DNA of 64,000 bases from positions 2,080,001 to 2,144,000 of the forward strand of contig CBDCTK010000002.1 of the NCBI GenBank assembly GCA_965222225.1, read 5' to 3'. Below the pieces are notes generated by a model that had not been told where the DNA came from, ran no database searches, and saw only the letters and a program-made list of their open reading frames with translations. Below, piece by piece: positions 21,810 through 31,509 of this stretch. This stretch comes from Candidatus Poribacteria bacterium (GTDB lineage Bacteria; Poribacteria; WGA-4E; JAJDTR01). How positions within the stretch are numbered: position 1 is the stretch's first letter; each line of letters starts with the position of its first letter. The translations under genes were made by a program, and so were the position numbers.

Positions 21810-22922
21810 TTAAGTTGTATGGCTAAGGTATGGTATGTTCACAAACTTCAAGCACACAGGGGCTGGTACCTCAGTTATCTGTCCTGTTGGATTAAGATCT
21901 CCCGTCTCTTCGTTGATTCGGAAGCTAACAATTGTGTTGCTAGCCTGATTGGCAGCAAGTAGGTACGTTCCGGATGGGACAATCCCAAAATTCCGAGGCG
22001 TTTCTCCTTGAGTTGGCTCATGGCCTACGGCGCTGAGTTTACCTGTAACCTCGTCAATTTCAAAAATGGCAATGCTGTCGTGGCCTCGGTTGGAACCATA
22101 GAGGAATTTACCAGACGGGTGGACGTGCACATCGGCGGTATAGCTAGTGTCGGAGAAATTTTCGGGAAGGGTCGAAATCGTTTGAATTTCATGCAGCGCA
22201 CCGCTAGCTTCGTCATAAGCGAATCCGGTAATGGTAGAGTCAAGTTCATTGATGACATAGGCATGTCCTCGGTTGGGATGAAAATCGAAGTGGCGTGGTC
22301 CTGCTCCGGCCTTAACCGGGGCACACGGCGGGTCATTGGGAATCAACTTCCCCTCGGTAAGGTCAAGTCGATAACTCATGATTTTATCAAGCCCCAGATC
22401 CGGCGCAAAGGCATAACAATTAGTCGGGTCAGTTATAATCGAATGAGCGTGTGGTGCTTCCTGTCGTTGGGGATTGACACTAGAGCCGTTGTGCTGAACG
22501 AAGTCGGATGCTTCACCGAGCCCTCCATCGTCCTGTATCGGAAGCACGCACACACTGCCGCCCCCATAATTTGCTACGAGTACAAATTTGCCGGTATTGT
22601 CAACTGTGAGATGACACGGACCTGTTCCGACCGAGGACTCTCGATTCAAAAACGTCAATGCGCCGCTTGTTTGGTCAATGGCAAACGAACTTACGCTCCC
22701 GCTCGGTTTACCTCCAAACTCGCTAATCTCGTTGACAGCGTAAAGATATCGCTGTTGAGGATGGATAGCCAAGAAAGAAGGATTTTCCCCTGCTTCCGTG
22801 GTACTAGAAAGTTCCAAAGCGCCAGTGATTGGATTCACGCGATAGACGTAAATGCCTTCACTCTCGCCTGTGGTATAGGTACCGACATAAAGGCAAAGTG
22901 TCTCGCCGTGATTCTCGGACAT
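21810..22922 (-). CDS. pgl: 6-phosphogluconolactonase (lactonase beta-propeller family)
   Basis: YVGTYT, VANYGGG, PHAH, GAGPRH, YGSNRGHDSIA. Confidence 0.88.
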   Translation of the reverse strand: MSENHGETLCLYVGTYTTGESEGIYVYRVNPITGALELSSTTEAGENPSFLAIHPQQRYLYAVNEISEFGGKPSGSVSSFAIDQTSGALTFLNRESSVGTGPCHLTVDNTGKFVLVANYGGGSVCVLPIQDDGGLGEASDFVQHNGSSVNPQRQEAPHAHSIITDPTNCYAFAPDLGLDKIMSYRLDLTEGKLIPNDPPCAPVKAGAGPRHFDFHPNRGHAYVINELDSTITGFAYDEASGALHEIQTISTLPENFSDTSYTADVHVHPSGKFLYGSNRGHDSIAIFEIDEVTGKLSAVGHEPTQGETPRNFGIVPSGTYLLAANQASNTIVSFRINEETGDLNPTGQITEVPAPVCLKFVNIPYLSHTT

Positions 22923-23155
22923 GGTAAGTTGTCCCCTCGCTTTTAGGATGGTGACTCCACGAACAAAGTGGCAAATTTGAAGTCTATCAAAGTGCTAAAC
23001 CTACGTCAATGAAAATGCCAGCCAACAAACGGCGATTGATGAAAAAAACAGGGACTTCACAAAAGATGGGAAGGGATGGGTGTGTAGTGCACAATGGCAA
23101 GAGGTTACCGAACCATGCAAAGGCGGAAAAGAAAGCTAACAGTCATGAATTACCG

Positions 23156-24841
23156 CTACTGCAATATGTGCACGCGGTTCTTTCCACGCACGGTTTCATC
23201 GGGCATGACAATCGGCATTTCTACTACGGCTATAAGCCTTCCGTCAGCACTTATGTCTACCGTATCGTAAGGAAGTTGCCCCTCCGTACGAAAGGTGTAA
23301 AGGTATTTGTCAAGACCGCCACCTTTTTCCTGCAGATTGAAGACAGAGACACCGTGTAACTGCTGAACACTGGTTCGGTTATATTTCGATTGACTGACAA
23401 CAGCATATTTTCCTGCAGCATCAATTTGCAAAGCTTGAGGCATGTTGTCCAATTTCCACTGCCAAATCTTTTCGCCCATCCACGAATAGGCGAATAGTGT
23501 CATACCATTTGGATGCGCGGATGGCGGTTGTTGTGCTCCTTTCTTAAGATGATAAGGAATATAGGTGTCGCCGGTTACAAACAAGGCAAACTCGTTTGTG
23601 GCGCCAATGGTGCCCGTAGTTGCGGTAATGGGGACTTCGCTGACTTGAAGAGGTGTTGTGAGGTTGGCTTTCCAATGGTTGTCGGCATGGGTCGCATTAA
23701 AGATGAAAACTCTTCCATCGTCTGTCGATACATTTATCCACGATCCATCGGGCGAGATACCTACGCTGCGCCAGAACGTCACCGCCCCATAGTAGGGCTT
23801 CAGCGAGTCGAACGTGTAATTCCATCGGTCTGCCCCGGTTTCGCCGTCAATCACGTATAGCGTACCCGATTTGTATCGTGACGACCCTCCGATAACTCCT
23901 CCGTCGCAGACAAGTACAATAGTTCTTCCGTCTTGACTGTAGTCAAACCATTTGATATTCATTGGAATTGCTTGATCGCTAGGCCACTTCCATTTTATTT
24001 TACCGGTTGTGTTGTCGAAACGGTAGAACTGCGCCTTTTTCAAGCTCTTGCCATCCTTCGTCCACGAATGGTTCGCTGCTGCGAGGAGCTCGCCATCGTT
24101 AGTCACAGCCATTCGATAAGGTCCCGGATACTGCACCCACCCGTAAACATCATTCGGGTCGTCGGGATGGGAGGTATCAATGTCGTTCGCTGTCCTGTAG
24201 CTCCATAACAGTGCAGGCTTCTTGTCGGACAGCCTGTAAGCGTATATCAAGCCTTCGGCGGATTGTTCGCCTATGTAAAAGCGAGTGCCGTCAGGACTGA
24301 ATGTCGCGTGTTTCACATAACCTTCCGAAATTCGTGTGGTCCAGATATTTACTCCCGTTAGTGGGTTTACAATTGCCAGATGGCCGGTATCCGTTGCAAT
24401 AGCGAGTTGGCTGCCATCAGGAGAGAAGGCGACAGTGGATGGAACGGCAGGGCGTTTTAGATTTGCTAACAGTGAAAGCATCGAATCCAACTCAATCATA
24501 CGCACCCGATACACGCTTGGCTTGAGCGGTGAAATTTGGCGCCCTTCAAGATTCAAAGAATCAACACGAATTTGATAGGACGTAGCAGGTTGCCATGCAA
24601 ATTGAAGAAAAAGGCGGTCGCCGTCAATCGGTAGTACATTAACCGGGAGCATGCCCGCATCAGATTGGACTTGCGCCCGAATGCGCATCGTCAGATCGTG
24701 CTGGGCCTCAATGACGACCCCTTGTCTAGTGAAAGTAATGTCATCGTGTTGAATCTCCGCGCCGTAAGCAGCGCAGATTGAAACCATAATGCAGAATAAA
24801 TAGGCGAGAGATATCTTCAAACGTAGTTTCCCATTATTCAT
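23156..24841 (-). CDS. Secreted WD40/PQQ-like beta-propeller protein, probable third gene of the B12-regulated cluster
   Basis: Signal peptide; repeated FSPDG/WxW blades; GGAGG RBS before ATG 24841. Confidence 0.75.
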   Translation of the reverse strand: MNNGKLRLKISLAYLFCIMVSICAAYGAEIQHDDITFTRQGVVIEAQHDLTMRIRAQVQSDAGMLPVNVLPIDGDRLFLQFAWQPATSYQIRVDSLNLEGRQISPLKPSVYRVRMIELDSMLSLLANLKRPAVPSTVAFSPDGSQLAIATDTGHLAIVNPLTGVNIWTTRISEGYVKHATFSPDGTRFYIGEQSAEGLIYAYRLSDKKPALLWSYRTANDIDTSHPDDPNDVYGWVQYPGPYRMAVTNDGELLAAANHSWTKDGKSLKKAQFYRFDNTTGKIKWKWPSDQAIPMNIKWFDYSQDGRTIVLVCDGGVIGGSSRYKSGTLYVIDGETGADRWNYTFDSLKPYYGAVTFWRSVGISPDGSWINVSTDDGRVFIFNATHADNHWKANLTTPLQVSEVPITATTGTIGATNEFALFVTGDTYIPYHLKKGAQQPPSAHPNGMTLFAYSWMGEKIWQWKLDNMPQALQIDAAGKYAVVSQSKYNRTSVQQLHGVSVFNLQEKGGGLDKYLYTFRTEGQLPYDTVDISADGRLIAVVEMPIVMPDETVRGKNRVHILQ

Positions 24842-25056
24842 ACAATGCCTCCATAAGCGTAGAAGTGATTTTGCCGGCGTAAGAATTGGGGACTTGATAA
24901 CCACGGCATTTTTAAAAATTCACGGGCAAAATGTGGATTTGACAATCTAATTCAAGCGGAAACAAACAGTGCACGTTATGCTTGGCAACTCAAAAGATTA
25001 GAAATGATTGTGCCGCAAAACATGGATAGACACCCAAATCTATCGCCGTTCACACA

Positions 25057-27048
25057 TCATTCTGACACGCGCCAAAGCCCCCATCCCAAACGCTTTCCCA
25101 AAAGCACGCCGACAAGAGTGTAGATAAACCCGTCGACCAAGCACCGGGAAATAATATACCATTCGGCATAAAAAAGGCGGTACAGTGTCATACTAATCTG
25201 GAAATCGACGTAAACGGCGATGGAGTCACACACGCCAAACACCAACGCAAGCGGTAACAGGTGACGGCCGTTTCGGACAATCTTAAAGCCTATTTCCAAG
25301 AGCAAGACGCTCACGCCCGTATACACCAGCGTTGTTGGATTGAATAATCCCAGTACCACACCGCCCAGCAACAGTCGAACGAGGGATACTAACGTTATAA
25401 CGCCCGGTTTGGGAATGAGCATTAACAACGCTGTCAACAGCGCGTAGTACAGCATTTCGTTGATCAGTCCCGTAACCAGAAATGAGGCGGGACCGAGCAA
25501 CGCGGGGATCAAGTTGGCGAGCAATGTCGACGGAATGCTAACGGCGATAAAGATGGTTGTGCCAAAAAGAGCGACCAAGATGAGTTGCTTCGTGGCGAAG
25601 CGAGAAAAGATAGATTGATGATAGCTGAAAAAAAGAACAAGCCCTATGATTGTGCCGGCGAATGCACATACCGTAACAACAAGGGCTTGCTGATTTGGAG
25701 TCCTGATGTGCAAGGGTCTCGTTGCACGAAGTACCGTTGTGTCGCTCCCCCAAACCTTTACCTCTATCTCCCGTTCATAGCTGCCTCTACCCTTAAATCC
25801 GCGCGATGCATCTTCTCGGGCTATTGATGGATTGAAGAAGATTGGTAAAGGCACATCCGTGGTGTTATGAGGGGCCAAACTTACAAAAGCAAAACTTCGG
25901 TTTGTGCCCGCGTTAAATTCGTCTGGCGGAACGAGGAAAGGAACGGGGCTTCCGTGCTTTGTGTCAAGGTTCACTGCCGAAACAAGTAGATGTACCGTAT
26001 TTTCGCCATTATTTCGAAGACGCACTGATTGGTACGTAATCGGCTGAAAATAGTTCGACTGTTCCGCTTTCACTCCCAACCACTTGCCAAGACGTCCAAA
26101 CGCGGGCTGCGGATAAGAAATTACATCCGGTTGTTGACGCGAATCCAAAATGCCAGCTTCGTCGGTCGGCATAAACACGTCCTCAATCGAGATTAGCGCG
26201 GCAATTTCATCACTCGTCGCTGATCGCAAAGAAACGGAAGTTTGCCGTTCCCAAGATTCTCCGTCGGCGGTTTTGAAGAGCACACTTCCGGAAATTCGTG
26301 ATGAATCGGGAAGCGGCTCCGCCGGGACATGTAACTCTACTTGCCGGTACCAGACCTCCGACTCAACCGTGAATCTCCCCGATGCGGATAATCGCCAATT
26401 CCCGCGTCCGTTACCATTATGTGCCGAATTGGACATCTCGACCACGTGTTTGGAACCGAATCCTTCTGGAACCTTCGCTACCTGAAGCGGATGAGGAATC
26501 TCGACATCTAATTCAAACCCAGCGGGTGCTCTCAAGCCATTTCGCACAAGCAAAGTCATTGTTATGTTGCTATCCTGAAGCACCAATGACTCGTCCGATG
26601 GGGTAACGGTGGAATCTGAATCGCCAAGGCTCTCCGTCGCAACGGTACCGTACGGAACAGCAATCTCAAGTGTGCCTTGTCGGTCTGACTGCGGGGCTCG
26701 CAGCGTCTTGGTTGAGGTTTCTCCCGATTCACCCTGAACCTCGAACCGGTATTCTATACCGTTCTTCCATCGAAAGTAGAGAGGCTCCGTAACGCGAGGG
26801 TAGCTGTCCAAACTGAGTTGAGCAACTACAAATTCATCCATGTCTGCTACGCTCCGGACGCGAATTTGTCGAATTTTTCTTCGATTGGTTGAGTCAAAGT
26901 GAACTTCGGCCCCGAGCGAGACAAATCTGACTTCCCAAGAAAGCGGCGCCTGCCCCCTTCCGCCTGAACAATTGGCGAATACGGTGACAAGAAAAACCAA
27001 CACAAAGGGATGAAACGCCAGTCGTAAATCACGAAGCATGGTGTGCAT
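25057..27048 (-). CDS. Large extracytoplasmic domain fused to a C-terminal ECF-type S-component-like membrane domain
   Basis: Possible lipobox (VFANC); ~430 aa soluble region; C-terminal multi-TM region with F.TKQLILVALF and LIPKPGVITL resembling MptD/EcsC-type S components. Confidence 0.65.
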   Translation of the reverse strand: MHTMLRDLRLAFHPFVLVFLVTVFANCSGGRGQAPLSWEVRFVSLGAEVHFDSTNRRKIRQIRVRSVADMDEFVVAQLSLDSYPRVTEPLYFRWKNGIEYRFEVQGESGETSTKTLRAPQSDRQGTLEIAVPYGTVATESLGDSDSTVTPSDESLVLQDSNITMTLLVRNGLRAPAGFELDVEIPHPLQVAKVPEGFGSKHVVEMSNSAHNGNGRGNWRLSASGRFTVESEVWYRQVELHVPAEPLPDSSRISGSVLFKTADGESWERQTSVSLRSATSDEIAALISIEDVFMPTDEAGILDSRQQPDVISYPQPAFGRLGKWLGVKAEQSNYFQPITYQSVRLRNNGENTVHLLVSAVNLDTKHGSPVPFLVPPDEFNAGTNRSFAFVSLAPHNTTDVPLPIFFNPSIAREDASRGFKGRGSYEREIEVKVWGSDTTVLRATRPLHIRTPNQQALVVTVCAFAGTIIGLVLFFSYHQSIFSRFATKQLILVALFGTTIFIAVSIPSTLLANLIPALLGPASFLVTGLINEMLYYALLTALLMLIPKPGVITLVSLVRLLLGGVVLGLFNPTTLVYTGVSVLLLEIGFKIVRNGRHLLPLALVFGVCDSIAVYVDFQISMTLYRLFYAEWYIISRCLVDGFIYTLVGVLLGKRLGWGLWRVSE

Positions 27049-27107
27049 TGATTTTAGGCTGTTGCCCCTGCGGAAACAGGGATGCGCCGGCGCCGCTTGG
27101 TAGAGGT

Positions 27108-28319
27108 TTAGTTATTGGATTTGAGTTTTCCCCAGCTCGTCGCTAGCTTGCCTTGCGGACTGACCGCTGTCAGGAGTGTCTCAACTTGGGCAAGCGCAAC
27201 TCCCGATGCACCGTGTCCCACGCGATAGGTTTCTAGCAACACCGCATTGGGCGAAACAACATACAACTCATCCATTCCACCGCCAGTCCAATCCGCTTTG
27301 GTGATATAAAGGTTGTCGTCTTGGTCAATCGCGCCGATACTACCCAAATCAGAGAACGGATTCTCCGGGCGATGTAGCCACTGGTTGCCCAGCAAGTCGT
27401 AAACGAGCAGTCCGCCAGAACTTATGAACAAGCGCTTCATACTATCAACTGCAGGGCTTCCGGCACTCTTTTCCAAGTCAATAGTATCTGCGATTTCATC
27501 AGTGACTGCGTCAATAATTACAACTGTCCCAGGTATGCCACCAGGAACAATCCAGTCGCCAACTCCTGCCGAAACCGCAATCACTTTGGATTCTCCGTCA
27601 TTTGTAATGCCAGAGGTATTAATCGGCATGGGAATGGTTTTCAAAACTGTGTCGTTGGCGGTGTCAATCACTGTGACGCTGCTATTGTCATCATAACTGA
27701 CATTCCAAGTGCCTTCTTCCTTCACATATGCGGAGTTCGCCACGTAAGCCTTGCCATTGAGCACTGTAATTCCGTCAGGCGCTTGGCCGGCGGGAATGCG
27801 TTTGATGACTCGATATCGGTTCAAATCCAGAACATCAACTTTGTCGCTATATAGCCCGGTAACATACGCTTTGGAAGACTCTACCAACGCGATTTGTTTC
27901 GGTGTTGTGTCTGAATCAATAGAGATTTTCCCTACGGTAGAGCGGGTCTGTAAGTCAATAACTTCGACATATCCCCCGCGCGGATCAAAAAACGGGTCTC
28001 GTATTTGGTTGACCACATATAACACATTTTCTTGGGCAATCAGATCGCTGGGTACTATGTCACCGAAAGGGATTTCCTCCTTCGCGACAGCTCGGGCCGC
28101 GTCAGGTTCGTCAAGATTGACGATTGACAGTGACGGGGAGATACCGACCTCAGGTTTGCTCAAGCCGTTAACAACGATTGCCAGATTGTTAATCTGATTC
28201 TGTGCGGTAACGGCATTTGGAATCAGGAAGAGTGCTGAAACGAAAACTGCGAATACTTTAACCCAATCAAGATGCCCCCTAGCGGAGCGGCGAAACGCGT
28301 TAAAACAGTGTGATAACAT
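27108..28319 (-). CDS. Secreted YncE-type beta-propeller (BtuG-like candidate cobalamin-binding protein) with C-terminal WGxLK motif
   Basis: KAYV/VTVIDT blades; first gene after the cobalamin riboswitch; ends AVSPQGKLATSWGKLK. Confidence 0.75.
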   Translation of the reverse strand: MLSHCFNAFRRSARGHLDWVKVFAVFVSALFLIPNAVTAQNQINNLAIVVNGLSKPEVGISPSLSIVNLDEPDAARAVAKEEIPFGDIVPSDLIAQENVLYVVNQIRDPFFDPRGGYVEVIDLQTRSTVGKISIDSDTTPKQIALVESSKAYVTGLYSDKVDVLDLNRYRVIKRIPAGQAPDGITVLNGKAYVANSAYVKEEGTWNVSYDDNSSVTVIDTANDTVLKTIPMPINTSGITNDGESKVIAVSAGVGDWIVPGGIPGTVVIIDAVTDEIADTIDLEKSAGSPAVDSMKRLFISSGGLLVYDLLGNQWLHRPENPFSDLGSIGAIDQDDNLYITKADWTGGGMDELYVVSPNAVLLETYRVGHGASGVALAQVETLLTAVSPQGKLATSWGKLKSNN

Positions 28320-28362
28320 CGATGAATCCTTTCGTCCATCTGGGACAATGTGCTATTGCAAC

Positions 28363-28396
28363 AAAAAACCCCAGCCTCCACAAGGGAAACTGGGGT
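28363..28396 (-). terminator. Intrinsic terminator forming the riboswitch expression platform
   Basis: ACCCCAGTTTCC-CTTGT-GGAGGCTGGGGT followed by T-run, between aptamer and start codon. Confidence 0.75.
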
Positions 28397-28519
28397 ACAG
28401 TTCTCTATTCATCCAATGCGCACATTGCGCGGCGTGCGGAGATTTTCTACCGCACTGTCCAGATAAGACGAAACCGATTTCTGTCTCACAGCCTTCCCGC
28501 GAAAGCCGATGCGTGAAAC

Positions 28520-28696
28520 GAATTCAGGAAGGTCTCCTGACTCACGACAACTCGTCGCCTGCCTTCCCATCCAACTGAATCTGGACAGTGGCGCTCTCGG
28601 GACGATATTCCGTCGCTTACAGTGGCGGGGCCATGGCGGATTTTCACCGCGCTTCCCTATTCTCCGACAACGTGGTAGTTGTCGGCCCCTGAATCC
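28520..28696 (-). ncRNA. Cobalamin (AdoCbl) riboswitch
   Basis: Minus strand AATAGGGAA..GGTGAAAATCC..GCCCCGCCACTGTAA..GCCACTG..GGGAAGG..GAGTCAGGAGACC (B12 box). Confidence 0.95.
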
Positions 28697-28718
28697 GAAA
28701 CTATTCAAATGTAGGCGG

Positions 28719-28747
28719 ATTCTAACACATGGATATAGGCATGTCAA
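28719..28747 (-). promoter_or_regulatory. sigma70 promoter of the riboswitch operon
   Basis: TTGACA-17nt-TAGAAT about 20 nt upstream of the aptamer. Confidence 0.75.
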
Positions 28748-29115
28748 CTAAAAATTCGCACGCGCCGCAAGGAAACCGTATCTGATTGTAGGAAATCAAG
28801 CAAGTGGATATTGAGCGACAATCATCAAAACACCAATCTTCAATCTTTTCCTATCTCAAGATTTATAGCAGACTAATGACTTGAATTTCCTAGAGCGCTA
28901 GAAGTGATTGCCTTGCGTGCGCGGCGCTATCGGCGGGATCTCTTATGTGCGCACCCGCCGTTGATTTAAGCTGTCCACCCCGACAAATCTCGCAGTATTA
29001 GGTGGAATTGTTAATGCAAACGTGGTAGAATAATCAATAATTGGATATGCCGAAGTGTAGTCGTAGACAGGCTATTGGCTGGTAGGACAATTGACTTTCT
29101 TCCAGTTTTTCATCA

Positions 29116-29421
29116 GTGAAAGGACAAGACAAAATCGTGTTGACCTACAAAGCAATGTATAAATATCTTGATGAAGGGATTCATGCCGAAGTTTTGGACT
29201 TTCCGGGGGTCATCACCTCGGCAACTAATCTCGAAGAAGCCCGGCGATTGCTGGCAAGTGCATTGACGGACATGGCAGAAACCAATCTACTTCTCGGTGA
29301 ACCCCTTCCACAACCAGACACGACAGTTACCGATTTAGATGCAGATTTGGAAGAGCCAATCTACTTGATACTCAATGCAACTAATCAGGTCCTTCAGATT
29401 CCCCAAGAGAGCAATGCATGA
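29116..29421 (+). CDS. hicB: HicB-family antitoxin
   Basis: LDFPGVITSATNLEEARRLL...LLLGEPLP; overlaps hicA (ATGA). Confidence 0.85.
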   Translation: MKGQDKIVLTYKAMYKYLDEGIHAEVLDFPGVITSATNLEEARRLLASALTDMAETNLLLGEPLPQPDTTVTDLDADLEEPIYLILNATNQVLQIPQESNA

Positions 29422-29606
29422 AGCGGCGCGAACTCTTGAAACATCTACGACAGCATGGTTGCCAACTAGTACGAGAGGGCGCCGCGCATTCGATATGGGA
29501 AAATGCAGCCAAGACCCGACGTTCTGCCATACCCCGCCACCGAGAAATACCTGATTACACTGCTCAGCGTATCTGCAAACAACTTGATATTTCCATCGCA
29601 AGTTAG
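29418..29606 (+). CDS. hicA: HicA-family mRNA interferase toxin
   Basis: MKRRELLKHL...REGAAHSIW...IPRHREI. Confidence 0.9.
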   Translation: MKRRELLKHLRQHGCQLVREGAAHSIWENAAKTRRSAIPRHREIPDYTAQRICKQLDISIAS

Positions 29607-29856
29607 TCTTTGTCTAGAGGTGATGGATGATTCACCAGCGTTAAGAAAACGAGTTTCCTTTGCTACGGAATAGCTCGACTATCTAGTGCAAGAACGATGT
29701 ATCACTTCGCAGAATCCTGTCAGTCATCGCCGGGTTCTAGCGTGTGATGATTTACCGCTTTGATTGTAGTTAAGTGTCTGGCAGCACAAAGTGACGGGAA
29801 TTCACTGAAGCGCTCTATTCACGTTTTCGATTCTTATATCTAAGGAGGACTTACGA

Positions 29857-30615
29857 ATGAGCACACCCGTAAGAGTAGCGATTATAACTGGAGGGGGAAG
29901 CGGAATTGGCAAGCGAACCGCTTTTGCGCTCCTGGCAGAGGGATATTCTGTTGCCATTGCCGGACGCCGCGTAGAACGTTTGCAGGAGACCGTCACGGAA
30001 GCTGGCGATGCTGGCTCGCGCATGTTGGCTGTGCCTACCGATGTAACTGATCCTGCCGCCATCCGAAATCTATTCGCAAAAACAGTCGAGGCATTTGGAC
30101 GATTGGATCTGCTCTTCAATAACGCTGGGGTGGGTGCACCAGGGGTTCCGATGGAAGAACTCACCTTGGAACAGTGGCAAACAGTCGTGGACACGAACCT
30201 GACCGCCTCCTTTCTGTGTACACAGGAAGCGATACAAATCATGAAGAATCAAAATCCGCGGGGTGGACGCATCATCAATAACGGTTCCGTATCAGCCCAT
30301 GTGCCCAGACCAAATTCGGCGCCGTATACCGCTACGAAGCATGCGCTAACGGGGCTTACCCGGTCAACCTCCCTTGATGGACGGAATTGCGATATACTGT
30401 GCGGCCAAATCGACATCGGTAACGCCTCGACCGACATGACGGCGCGATCTGACGGCGGCAGTCTCCAACCTCACGGCGCCTACATGGTCGAACCGAGAAT
30501 GGATGCGGATAACGTTGCTCGCGCTGTAGTGTACATGGCGAATCTCCCGCTAGATACGAATGTCCCTTTCATCACGGTTATGGCGAACGGGATGCCGTAT
30601 ATCGGGCGCGGCTAG
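29857..30615 (+). CDS. Short-chain dehydrogenase/reductase
   Basis: [24 protein letters not shown]. Confidence 0.92.
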   Translation: MSTPVRVAIITGGGSGIGKRTAFALLAEGYSVAIAGRRVERLQETVTEAGDAGSRMLAVPTDVTDPAAIRNLFAKTVEAFGRLDLLFNNAGVGAPGVPMEELTLEQWQTVVDTNLTASFLCTQEAIQIMKNQNPRGGRIINNGSVSAHVPRPNSAPYTATKHALTGLTRSTSLDGRNCDILCGQIDIGNASTDMTARSDGGSLQPHGAYMVEPRMDADNVARAVVYMANLPLDTNVPFITVMANGMPYIGRG

Positions 30616-30711
30616 CAATAGGCGACACATCCCCTGACGTCTGAAGAATGGCGCTTCACCGTCCGAGGTGCGCAAGTACCATAAACACGTACCCCAAAGA
30701 GGTTTTCATCA

Positions 30712-30825
30712 ATGAACGAACAAGTAGATTTCGTAACGATGTCTGACCGTTGGAAATACTTGTACGATTTGCAGGGGTTTCTAGTGGTGAAAGGCTTTCT
30801 CAGCCAAGGGGAGGTTAATGCCTAG
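30712..30825 (+). pseudogene. 5' fragment of a PhyH-family gene
   Basis: MNEQVDFVTMSDRWKYLYDLQGFLVVKGFLSQGEVNA*; GAGG RBS. Confidence 0.65.
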
Positions 30826-30869
30826 GGAGTTAGGAACACTACGGAGCGATGCGGCAGGTGCCCGACAGA

Positions 30870-31400
30870 ACCGTGCCGGGATTCTACGTTCAGGACGCAC
30901 GCGCGGGGTTATCACCTGGGATTCGTCGGACCTTCTGACGGGCACAACGTGGTGCCGGGACAATCGTGCATTTCGGGCGGTTACGCTCCGGCGTCGACGC
31001 GTGGCGCGATATTCGCTGTCCTCAAGGCGCGGCGGACGTATGCGACCAGCGGCACAAAGATTAAACTAAACTTCGCGATTAACGACTTCTTTATGGGGTC
31101 GATAATTACGGTGAATTAGTACACAATCGATGCGCTATTCCCGTTGAAGCTGATGGTAGCCGTGGAAGGAACCGCACCTATTGTGATAGAATCGAGGTGA
31201 CTGGGAACGGCGTCGTCAATCATACCTATGAGCACGCGTACACGGGATCGAAACCGAATCGAGCGGCATTCTACGCCGAGATTGAGAACACTGGCGTGAA
31301 CCAATCACAAACCAGCCGGTATTACTATGTTCGCGCAATTTAAACGGATGAGCACCTGCCGTGGTCAAGTCCCATTTGGATTGATTTCCGGATGAATGAA
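30870..31400 (+). pseudogene. 3' fragment of a DUF3604/PHP-like metallohydrolase gene
   Basis: GYHLGFVGPSDGH, ARRTYATSG, YYYVRAI*TDEHLPWSSPIW, with stops and frameshifts. Confidence 0.7.
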
Positions 31401-31509
31401 CGGCAGGATTTGTGATTACTTTGTTTTCAAATGACTTTCTGCTATCAACTATAATCACTATTCCCCTTTCAAGACACATTAGTTGTCTACCGCAACGTCC
31501 GGCGGCTTG

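Noticed and set aside
22008-22946. 312-aa plus-strand ORF
   Set aside because: Antisense to the clear lactonase gene, with no recognisable motifs
22966-22998. Possible CIRCE operator
   Set aside because: Only the right half (AGTGCTAA) matches; the left arm and spacing do not
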